From the NCBI GenBank assembly GCA_038741355.1, contig JAVYLC010000002.1:8738-72737 (forward strand): a stretch of 64,000 bases of DNA, read 5' to 3'. Below are positions 50,731-58,657 of the stretch, piece after piece. The position numbers were made by a program, and so were the translations under genes. Position 1 is the stretch's first letter. Every line of letters starts with the position of its first letter. The DNA is from Nitrososphaerota archaeon. GTDB lineage: Archaea > Thermoproteota > Nitrososphaeria_A > Caldarchaeales > Calditenuaceae. The notes beneath the pieces were generated by a model. That model made no database searches. It was not told where the DNA came from and worked only from the letters and a program-made list of their open reading frames with translations.

Positions 50731-50881
50731 GCAGCGGCTCCTGTCTTTAGTAGATAATGTTTTTCCGAAATTTCACGATGTTAAAAATGTTTAAACATCG
50801 TTTAAATGCAGATGCCCTCATTTTCTATTACTCCTAATTTGGGAAAACTCTTTTGTCCTCCCTTCCTCCATTACAGCGTTA

Positions 50882-52804
50882 ATGATGTTTTTACAGTCTA
50901 TGATAACTTTAGCTTTCATGGCTATTTCAGTCATTCTCCCCCTCTATATCGTGGCATATGTTCATCTACTCATTCTATCGCGACGATATACACAGCCATC
51001 AAGAACGACACTTCAGCGATACCCTAAAGTCTCTGTCCATCTACCAATCTTTAATGAGAAACATGTTGTCGGGAGGCTGATAGAAGCTGTGTGCAACTTA
51101 ATCTATCCATCAGACAGGCTTGAGATAATAATCATAGACGACTCTGTAGATGAAACATCATCTATATGTGAAGAACTAGTCAGAAAGTATAGAGCCAAAG
51201 GGATAAACATTGTTCACATCAAGCGTAATGATAGGAAAGGGTTCAAGGCAGGCGCCCTCCAGTATGCTCTCCAAAACTCAAGCGGCGAGTTTATAGCAAT
51301 TTTTGACGCAGATTTTATCCCGCAACCAAGCTTTCTAATACAAATCCTCCCCTACTTCACAGATAGCCGGATTGGGGTAGTTCAAGCAAGGTGGGGGCAT
51401 CTAAACAGATACTACTCCCCTTTAACAGCCGCACAAGCGCTCAGCCTAGACCTCCATTTCACCATTGAGCAGAGAGGGCGTTCATCTAGATACTTTTTGA
51501 ATTTCAACGGCACGGCTGGTGTTTGGAGAAGAGCATGCATAGAGGACGCTGGCGGATGGATAGACTCTCTAGCCGAGGACCTTGACCTGAGTTATAGGGC
51601 CCAGCTAAAAGGTTGGCGTATTGTTTACATCGATGATTTAGTCGTTCCAGCCGAGGTTCCCGTGCAGATGAAAGCGGTGCGCAGACAGCAATATAGATGG
51701 GCTTACGGATCAATTCAAACAGCTATAAGATACATGTCTCAAATTCTCCTATCACATCTTCCCAGCCTCGTCAAGATACATGCCATAATTCATCTTACTA
51801 GGCATTTACCTCAGTTACTCTTAACTGTCCAAGTTTTAATGATTCCTTTAGTTGTAAGTTCGGGGGTTCAAGCTCGCTTTGACATAATGCTTGGATGGGT
51901 GGTGTTGTATCCATTGTTATTAACATCATCACTTCTTCTCACAGCTGAAAACCATCTTAAAAAAACATACAGCAGCCTGCTAAAATTTGTTAAAGATGTG
52001 CTACTGATGTTTTTATGGGGGATGGGCATGTCAGTTAACAACTCATTGGCTGTCATCCATGCTTTTTTGAAAAAAGATTTAGAGTTTGAGAGGACTCCGA
52101 AGTTTGGCATAGTGGGTAAAAAAGGCAACTGGCGATGGAGTAGCTATGCTCTATTGAATGAACCCAACATCGTCTTTGACCTCGCAATGGGAGTATACAG
52201 CCTTTACGCTTCTCTATACTGTTTCTATACGAGGGCCCTTTACTTCCTACCTCTAACCACATTATATTCTAGCTCCCTATTCTACACTGTTTTCGCCTCA
52301 ATAATCCAGACAGCACGTCGAGGTAGGCAAACACACCGATGGCCACGCACTGATGTCCTTGCTATCATTTTAGCGGCGGTGTTTGTAGTAATTTCTTTCC
52401 ATTCATTTGCGATGATCGTGTATCCATTAGAGACGGCTATCGCAGCTATTGAAAAAGCCTCAACTTCAGTCGATAACGTTTACATGGTTAAACAACTTGA
52501 TGATGCACTTGCCCACCTCCCATCGCAAGGTAACCCTGTATGGGTGCTGCCGACTGCAAACACGGACTATCAGCTCATTAGATACGATTTGCAATCCATT
52601 AAAATAAGGCTCTTAAATGTATACAAAAACGATTACTTCACATATCACTCTGTCACAGAGGATGCTAGATACGCCTTAGAAGTAGTAGTCGGCCAGTTGC
52701 GACGAATACAACCGTTTGCATGGCTTAGTGTCTGGAACCTATCAGCATCACTTATTGTAGTATATTCAGTGTTTTATTTCGTGGTGAAAGAAAGTCATGC
52801 CTAG
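50882..52804 (+). CDS. processive family-2 glycosyltransferase (cellulose/chitin/hyaluronan-synthase-like) with C-terminal membrane extension
   Basis: GT-A motifs in order: IIIIDDSVDET, FDADF, and RRQQYRWAYG (Q-x-x-R-W). TM helices flank the catalytic domain. A ~250-aa C-terminal extension carries additional TM helices. Confidence 0.8.
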   Translation: MMFLQSMITLAFMAISVILPLYIVAYVHLLILSRRYTQPSRTTLQRYPKVSVHLPIFNEKHVVGRLIEAVCNLIYPSDRLEIIIIDDSVDETSSICEELVRKYRAKGINIVHIKRNDRKGFKAGALQYALQNSSGEFIAIFDADFIPQPSFLIQILPYFTDSRIGVVQARWGHLNRYYSPLTAAQALSLDLHFTIEQRGRSSRYFLNFNGTAGVWRRACIEDAGGWIDSLAEDLDLSYRAQLKGWRIVYIDDLVVPAEVPVQMKAVRRQQYRWAYGSIQTAIRYMSQILLSHLPSLVKIHAIIHLTRHLPQLLLTVQVLMIPLVVSSGVQARFDIMLGWVVLYPLLLTSSLLLTAENHLKKTYSSLLKFVKDVLLMFLWGMGMSVNNSLAVIHAFLKKDLEFERTPKFGIVGKKGNWRWSSYALLNEPNIVFDLAMGVYSLYASLYCFYTRALYFLPLTTLYSSSLFYTVFASIIQTARRGRQTHRWPRTDVLAIILAAVFVVISFHSFAMIVYPLETAIAAIEKASTSVDNVYMVKQLDDALAHLPSQGNPVWVLPTANTDYQLIRYDLQSIKIRLLNVYKNDYFTYHSVTEDARYALEVVVGQLRRIQPFAWLSVWNLSASLIVVYSVFYFVVKESHA

Positions 52805-53288
52805 GAAACTACTCTATGTATCTGTATATTTGTTTGTAGGTGTGGCCCTCATATCTGCTGCGTACATTCTAGACGTATACCCACTTGAGCAGGCGGCCGG
52901 CTTCCTCAGCAGAGCGCAGTCGGCTGGATACGCAGAAGACATGGCTGCATACGTTGCTCAAGCCTTGCACTTCATACCCCGTGAAGGGAATCCCGTCTGG
53001 CTATTCCCCACACAGAGAACTGACTTCGCCCTGATAAGAAACGACATTTTTGCCATAATTGACAGATTGAATAGCCTAACTGATATTCCACGCCAGAGTG
53101 CTGCATACGCACAGACTCTAAACGATATAAGGGGAAAAATTGCTGTATTAACCAGCCAGCTCTACGAAGCAATGCCCTACATGTTTTTTAAACCAATCAA
53201 TATAATAGCCGCAATAGCCTATCTGCTTACACCCATTATCATACAAACAAAAATTAACAGACAAAAAAGTCACGCTAAAAAGGCTTAA
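52797..53288 (+). CDS. membrane protein paralogous to the C-terminal module of the upstream GT2 synthase
   Basis: VYPLEQAAGFL...REGNPVWLFPTQRTDFALIRNDIFAIIDRL aligns with the GT2 C-terminus VYPLETAIAAI...SQGNPVWVLPTANTDYQLIRYDLQSIKIRL. Its coordinates overlap the GT2 gene by 8 bp. Confidence 0.5.
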   Translation: MPRKLLYVSVYLFVGVALISAAYILDVYPLEQAAGFLSRAQSAGYAEDMAAYVAQALHFIPREGNPVWLFPTQRTDFALIRNDIFAIIDRLNSLTDIPRQSAAYAQTLNDIRGKIAVLTSQLYEAMPYMFFKPINIIAAIAYLLTPIIIQTKINRQKSHAKKA

Positions 53289-53393
53289 GTAAGAGTTGCC
53301 AATTACTGATCATAAATGGTTTTTAAAGCATTTTCCCGACACTTCCATTTATTGGTAGTTTCAGAATTTTTTTAAGCCTCAAAGCAGTAACCA

Positions 53394-56300
53394 TTGATGA
53401 ATTTGATTGATGGAAGATTTCTGAAGGAGCGAGGATACGATGTTTATAATGGAAACGAACTAGTAGTAAAAGGCGCACTAGAGGCCGGCATACCAATAGC
53501 ATCTGGCTATCCGGGTTCTCCAGTTGCTGAGTTTTTCACATTTACTGAGAAATACGCAGATTGGCTTGCAGAAAATGGATTTTATTGGGAAGCTGCAAAA
53601 AACGAGGCCGAAGGAGCAGGTAGGCTCAATGGCGCAAGAATTATCAACAAAGATGCAATGGTTGTCATGAAGAGTGTCGGATTAAACGTCGCTACTGACC
53701 CCTTGGAAATTTCTAATTATCAAGCAGCTGCAACTATTGGATGGGGTGGAGTTGTTGTAGTTGGGGATGATCCGCATGCTTCTAGCACACAGATTGCTTC
53801 CAGCTCAAGACTTCTGCTAAAGAAGCTTAGGATACCAATTTTAGAGCCTAGTACTCCGCAAGAAGTGAAAGATTACATTGGAGAAGCATTGGAATTATCA
53901 CGGTCATCGCAGTTAATAGCCGGATATATCATCCAATCATGGCAAGCTGATGGAATAGGGTCGGTGGAACTCTATAAAAACAAATATCCGACTAGAGTGA
54001 AAGAAAGGATTGATATAAGTAAAATAAATGTGGAGAAAGAAGTAAGCCTTCCTCCGGTTACTGCGGAGTTAGAAAAAGATATTGTTATAAGGAGGTTTCC
54101 GGCCGCGGTAAGTCATGCAAGAAGAAGGAATCTGAATCGAATACTTTATTCGGATGGTGGAAAAAGGAAGATTGGATTCGTTACCTCTGGTCTGGCTTAT
54201 AACTATCTCGAACAAGCATTGTATGAGTTGGGAATGCAGGGAAGACTTCCTATTCTAAAACTGGGACTGGTTTATCCACTTGATGAGAATTTAGTGAAAG
54301 ATTTTGCAAGACAAGTTGAAAACATTTATGTCGTAGAGGAAAAAGAGCCTTTCATAGAGTCTGAGATTTCTCTTATTCTGAGAGACGCTTACCAAAACAA
54401 AGAAATCGAATATGTTAACGTTTGGGGCAAAAGATTCCCTAACGACAGGGAGGGCTTCCCTGAACACGGCGGTCTGAGTCCCACTATTGTGATTAAGATA
54501 ATAGGTGAAGAGCTACTCAATGCTTTAGATGATTTGTCTTATGAAGAGAAAAGTAGAATTAATAAGGTCCTCGAACTAGTCGAGGACGCTAACAAATATT
54601 CCTTACAGCCTCCAAAAAGGATTCCTACCTATTGTGCAGGCTGCCCACACAGGGGGACTAGTAGTGTTCTTAAATATTTGAGGAGGTCTCCTGGAAATGA
54701 TTTCCTCACAGTACCAGACATCGGGTGCTATTCAATGTCGGCTTTTACTCCGTGGAAGGAGGCCCACGCTTTCAATGCAATGGGTCGTGCAGGAGCCTCT
54801 GCATATTCCATGGGGGTAGTAGAAAACAAGAAAGTTCTTCTCGTTGGTGATGGAACTTTCGTCCACGGCGGCTATGTGTCTGTACAGGAAGCTATAGACA
54901 AAAATCTAGACGCCATCATAGTTATACTTTATAATCACTATGTGGCCATGACCGGGCATCAAAAAGTTCAGATAAAGGATGCAAAAGATATAGAGGAAAA
55001 AGTAAAAGCGATGGCGAGAGGAAAGGATGTCTATGTAAGAATAATAGATCCAGATGATAGGAAAGGCTACATTGAAGAAATGAAAAAACTGATGAATAGA
55101 AAAGGTACAGCTGTACTGATCTCGGATAAGGAATGCGGTATAACTAGGGAAAGGAGAAGGAGGGCTGAGAGGGCGGGAAAACCTAAGACGGAATTCATAA
55201 ACATAACTAACGAAGTATGTGAGAACTGCAGGGAGTGCACCATGAACACAGGCTGCCCAGGGTTAACTCTTGTAAACACGCCGTATGGCGAAAAAGTTGC
55301 GATAGACATGTCAATATGCACAGAGGATGAGTACTGTGCGAAAATAGAAGCCTGCCCCTCATTCGAAAGAGTTAGGGTGCACTACGCAGGAGGGAAACCA
55401 AAGGAGAGATTGCTTGATTCAGAACTGGATGGTGTGCCAGAACCTGATAATAAGGTAGAGTTTAACGATACTTACTCTATTTACACCGCAGCTGTTGGCG
55501 GTATGGGTGGTGGGCTGCTCTCCGTGATTTTGGCTCGAGCTGGAGCGAAAAGCGGCTATAATATAGGTAGATGGATAGGACACGATAAAAAAGGATTAGC
55601 CATAAGAAATGGCGGTGTTTACAGTCATATAATATTTTCTAAAAACGATGCACAATTATCTCCTGTTATTGTAGCCGGCAAAGCTGATCTAATAATTGGT
55701 CTTGACAAGCTTGAAGGCTCAAAGGGGTTAAAGTATGCTAACGCTAGTACAAAATTTGTTTCAAATCAAACAGAGCTACCTACCATACCTATGCTCATAG
55801 GAGAGGAGGAATATCCACACGATATTGACGAAAAAATTAAAAATAGGTTGACATCATATAATAATTATGGGCTGCCGATTTCGGAGCTTGCAGAGTTTTA
55901 CTTAGGAAACAAACTATTTTCCAACATAGTCATGCTGGGAGTCTGCTATCAGCTCGGCCTATTACCATTGGACTCTAAAAATATAGAGGATGCGATAATT
56001 GAATCAGTCAAAGCAGAGCGGGAGAAAAATCTAAGGGCTTTCAAGTTTGGAAGGAAGCTTGTGTATGACAGTACTTTTTTGGATAAGCTAATAAACAATC
56101 CTCATTTCCTAAGAATATACCATGAACACATGTGGTTTTCAAGAAGATCTCTGGAAGAGGTACTCTATGAGAAGAAGGACTATCTGAAAGATTACTATTT
56201 GATAAAGTCTAGGGGGTTGAAAATTGCTAATATGTATGAAAAACTAATAAAAGATTTTAAGAATGATAAAAAGTTGGATGAAGATGCCTTGAAACATTTT

Positions 56301-57041
56301 GCTATAAGGGTTTATGACTTGATAAAATGGGGCGGCATAGACTATGCTAAAAAATATGTGGAGTTGGTCTCCAAGGTTTATTATAAGGATAAAGAGGAAA
56401 AAGGATTTGCGGCTACCAAAGCTGTTATAGAAAATTTATACAAGGTAATGGCTATAAAGGATGAGTTATGGGTTTCCGAGCTACTATTAAGCAGAGAGAA
56501 GCTGGAGAGAGACAAGATTAAGTACAATGTACATGAGGAGCGAGGTGATAGTATAGAGTATATTCATTTAACAAGGCCGCAGATAGTTATAAGTGTTGGG
56601 AAACCTTTGGGAAAAATCATAAAATTCTTGAAAAAGAACTTGCCAAATTTGGCAAACAAAAAGATTGAGCTAGACGTTGAAGATGGCATGCTCAAAGTCA
56701 AATTAGTTATGAATACCAAAAATTGGCAGCTCCGAATCATCAGGAGGATGAAGTTTCTCCGGAAATATTTGTTTAGACATAAGAAGGAAGAAGAATTCAG
56801 AGACTGGTATGTTGAAAGGGTCATAAGTTACTTCCTCGAAAATTCTGAACAAAATTATGAGCTTGCTGTAGAGTTTCTTAAGATGCCGCTTAGTTTTAAT
56901 GTTCCAGCACATGCTAAGGGCATTACTGGATTCAGGGAAGTTATATATCCTAAAATGGACTTAGCGAGAAAAACTTTTGAGAACCTAACTTCTACCTCGA
57001 ACCTTGTTTCCGAGTTAGAGCCTGTCGGCAAAAAGCAATGA
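53394..57041 (+). CDS. fused indolepyruvate:ferredoxin oxidoreductase-family protein (2-oxoacid:Fd oxidoreductase, bacterial long form)
   Basis: 1215 aa. N-terminal IorA signature GNELVVKGALEAG...GYPGSP. TPP/Fe-S region CAGCPHRG and CENCRECTMNTGCPG. IorB/POR-gamma-like AVGGMGGGLLS. ~350-aa K-rich C-terminal extension. Low GC. Confidence 0.8.
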   Translation: MMNLIDGRFLKERGYDVYNGNELVVKGALEAGIPIASGYPGSPVAEFFTFTEKYADWLAENGFYWEAAKNEAEGAGRLNGARIINKDAMVVMKSVGLNVATDPLEISNYQAAATIGWGGVVVVGDDPHASSTQIASSSRLLLKKLRIPILEPSTPQEVKDYIGEALELSRSSQLIAGYIIQSWQADGIGSVELYKNKYPTRVKERIDISKINVEKEVSLPPVTAELEKDIVIRRFPAAVSHARRRNLNRILYSDGGKRKIGFVTSGLAYNYLEQALYELGMQGRLPILKLGLVYPLDENLVKDFARQVENIYVVEEKEPFIESEISLILRDAYQNKEIEYVNVWGKRFPNDREGFPEHGGLSPTIVIKIIGEELLNALDDLSYEEKSRINKVLELVEDANKYSLQPPKRIPTYCAGCPHRGTSSVLKYLRRSPGNDFLTVPDIGCYSMSAFTPWKEAHAFNAMGRAGASAYSMGVVENKKVLLVGDGTFVHGGYVSVQEAIDKNLDAIIVILYNHYVAMTGHQKVQIKDAKDIEEKVKAMARGKDVYVRIIDPDDRKGYIEEMKKLMNRKGTAVLISDKECGITRERRRRAERAGKPKTEFINITNEVCENCRECTMNTGCPGLTLVNTPYGEKVAIDMSICTEDEYCAKIEACPSFERVRVHYAGGKPKERLLDSELDGVPEPDNKVEFNDTYSIYTAAVGGMGGGLLSVILARAGAKSGYNIGRWIGHDKKGLAIRNGGVYSHIIFSKNDAQLSPVIVAGKADLIIGLDKLEGSKGLKYANASTKFVSNQTELPTIPMLIGEEEYPHDIDEKIKNRLTSYNNYGLPISELAEFYLGNKLFSNIVMLGVCYQLGLLPLDSKNIEDAIIESVKAEREKNLRAFKFGRKLVYDSTFLDKLINNPHFLRIYHEHMWFSRRSLEEVLYEKKDYLKDYYLIKSRGLKIANMYEKLIKDFKNDKKLDEDALKHFAIRVYDLIKWGGIDYAKKYVELVSKVYYKDKEEKGFAATKAVIENLYKVMAIKDELWVSELLLSREKLERDKIKYNVHEERGDSIEYIHLTRPQIVISVGKPLGKIIKFLKKNLPNLANKKIELDVEDGMLKVKLVMNTKNWQLRIIRRMKFLRKYLFRHKKEEEFRDWYVERVISYFLENSEQNYELAVEFLKMPLSFNVPAHAKGITGFREVIYPKMDLARKTFENLTSTSNLVSELEPVGKKQ

Positions 57042-57165
57042 AGTGACAATTATCCTCTCCTCGCTAACTGAAAGATGGTAGACCTCTAGCAAGCCCAGTG
57101 CGCTAAACCAATTTTCTCAACTCTTTCACCACACATATTAACCCTCTTGGAATCGTTTGGGGTGG

Positions 57166-57193
57166 GGGATTGGCATCCCCCACCCGACAAGGC
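57166..57193. repeat. GC-rich perfect hairpin (11-bp stem, 4-nt loop)
   Basis: ggggtgggggat tggc atcccccacccg. Lies 125 bp downstream of the IOR stop, at the island boundary. Confidence 0.4.
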
Positions 57194-57364
57194 CGGGCTG
57201 CCGAGAAGTAGGGTGAGAAGATGTCCACATCTTCTTCCTAGAGAACTGAGGATAGAACTGTACTATGAGGTTGGAGGGCTGAGGAGGCAGGGACTATCAT
57301 ACTGAAGAATCATAGGCTCTGTGAGGGAGAGATATGGTGTTGTATTACAAAAATCCCACATTAG

Positions 57365-58237
57365 CTACTGGGTCAGAGGAATACACAGCCCATACAACTG
57401 CATAGAATACCTTCAATAAAGTTTCTAAAACCTTCTGAGGAGCCTGCGTATGTTGTAGGTGTAGTTGCTGGAGAAGGTTATGTCCTGCGGCGGCGACGGC
57501 TTCGAAAATCATACCACGAAGTGTATGTAGGGTTGAAAGTTAGGGATAGGGAGTTTGCTGAGGAGTTCTCAAGATGTCTTGCAGTAGTCTTGAAGAGAGA
57601 ACCGCCTAAACCTGCTGATCCTAGGTCGTCGGGAGGACGATTCGTCGTCGAACTAGAAAGTAAGGTCCTCTACGAGCTGCTGAAGAAGCCTTTAAGGCTG
57701 GAGAAGATCAAAAAGTTTATAGAACACTCTAACCGATGTAAATCGGCCTTCCTGAGAGGCTTCTTCGACAGCGAAGGAAGCGTAGATGAGGACGGAGAAG
57801 TAACAGTCTATAACACCGACTTAGCCCTGCTTAGATACGTCAAACAACTTCTCTCTTCTCTAGGGATAGAGACTACAGGACCACATCTCTACTCAAGGCG
57901 TGGAACGGCCTTCAGAGACCCGAGGACGGGAAAAACATATAGGACTAAGAAGGACGCATATGGGTTATATGTTACCGCTGGCTCTCGGCTGATGTTCTAC
58001 AATCGCGTAGGATTCACGGTGAGAAGAAAACAGCAGAGGCTGGAGAACTACCTCACAAGGACTGGACGGCTAAAACCCCCAGCCAACCCACCCCCCATCT
58101 CTTCCCAACCACATCACGATCACGATAATAATGTACAAGGTACGGGCCCGCTGGGACTTGAACCCAGGACCTTCGGCTCCGGAGGCCGACGTACCAGAGA
58201 TATTACATGCATAATATCTTCTCTGTGTCCATGCTGA
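57365..58237 (+). CDS. double-motif LAGLIDADG homing-endonuclease-like ORF; no canonical start codon upstream of motif 1 (possibly decayed)
   Basis: Motif 1 PAYVVGVVAGEGY at 57443-57481. Motif 2 SAFLRGFFDSEGS at ~57737-57775. Their ~99-aa spacing resembles I-DmoI-type enzymes. The frame is open from 57365, but the first ATG/GTG/TTG is the GTG at 57521. The 3' end runs antisense through the tRNA. Confidence 0.55.
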   Translation, partial: LLGQRNTQPIQLHRIPSIKFLKPSEEPAYVVGVVAGEGYVLRRRRLRKSYHEVYVGLKVRDREFAEEFSRCLAVVLKREPPKPADPRSSGGRFVVELESKVLYELLKKPLRLEKIKKFIEHSNRCKSAFLRGFFDSEGSVDEDGEVTVYNTDLALLRYVKQLLSSLGIETTGPHLYSRRGTAFRDPRTGKTYRTKKDAYGLYVTAGSRLMFYNRVGFTVRRKQQRLENYLTRTGRLKPPANPPPISSQPHHDHDNNVQGTGPLGLEPRTFGSGGRRTRDITCIISSLCPC

Positions 58238-58248
58238 GCTACGGGCCC
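58143..58248 (-). tRNA. tRNA-Arg (anticodon CCG) with a ~30-nt intron at a non-canonical position (D-arm/anticodon-stem junction)
   Basis: The minus-strand reading is GGGCCCG-UA-GCUC...[intron with palindrome AGAUAUUA-UGCAUG-UAAUAUCU]...UCGGC-CUCCGGA-GCCGA-AGGUC-CUGGG-UUCAAGU-CCCAG-CGGGCCC-G. It shows a perfect 7-bp acceptor stem, a 5-bp anticodon stem, U33, and a canonical T-arm. The D-stem closure is imperfect, so the exact intron boundaries are uncertain. Confidence 0.7.
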
Positions 58249-58289
58249 AACGAAAACAACAATTTCCCATATATATGTTTAAGAGGAAA

Positions 58290-58445
58290 ATAGGGGGAGA
58301 GTTTGGCTGGAGGCCCGTCATCTGACAACGTCTGGGAAGCCGGATGAAAACCGTGCATTGGCTGCGGAATCGCCGTAAAGCGTTCGACGCCCTATTGCCC
58401 GGCCTTCATCCGGTTTTTCCCCACTGTCAGGCCGGGCCTCCAGCT
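58290..58445. other. ~150-nt block of nested inverted repeats (candidate structured RNA or terminator region)
   Basis: Outer 12-bp pair gctggaggcccg / cgggcctccagc. Middle pair ctgaca / tgtcag. Inner 9-13-bp pair gaagccggatgaa / ttcatccggtttt. The block sits immediately upstream of the tRNA on the minus strand. Confidence 0.3.
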
Positions 58446-58657
58446 CTGACGTAATTCTTGATTTTCTTCAGCAGTTCTCGGGCTTCTCTGGCTTTAACGC
58501 TGTTCATCCTGTAGTAGCTGATTGCAATGGAATGAACAGCCTGTTTCAGTCGATGGTTGTATTTGCCGATGTTTGGTTTATAAAGTCCGACGTAGCACAA
58601 AATCCTCCTCAGCTTCGCCGTAAAGTTCACGTGTAGAAGAATGTCTGCGAAAGCCAC
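58427..58657 (-). CDS. hypothetical small basic protein (uncertain)
   Basis: 76-aa ORF. No motif recognised. The region is structure-rich and could be non-coding. Confidence 0.2.
   Translation of the reverse strand: MAFADILLHVNFTAKLRRILCYVGLYKPNIGKYNHRLKQAVHSIAISYYRMNSVKAREARELLKKIKNYVRAGGPA

Noticed and set aside
58070-58321. 83-aa minus-strand ORF that spans the whole tRNA-Arg gene on the same strand
   Set aside because: The ORF is a translation of the tRNA itself. Its GPGFKSQ segment derives from the T-arm. It is not a protein gene.
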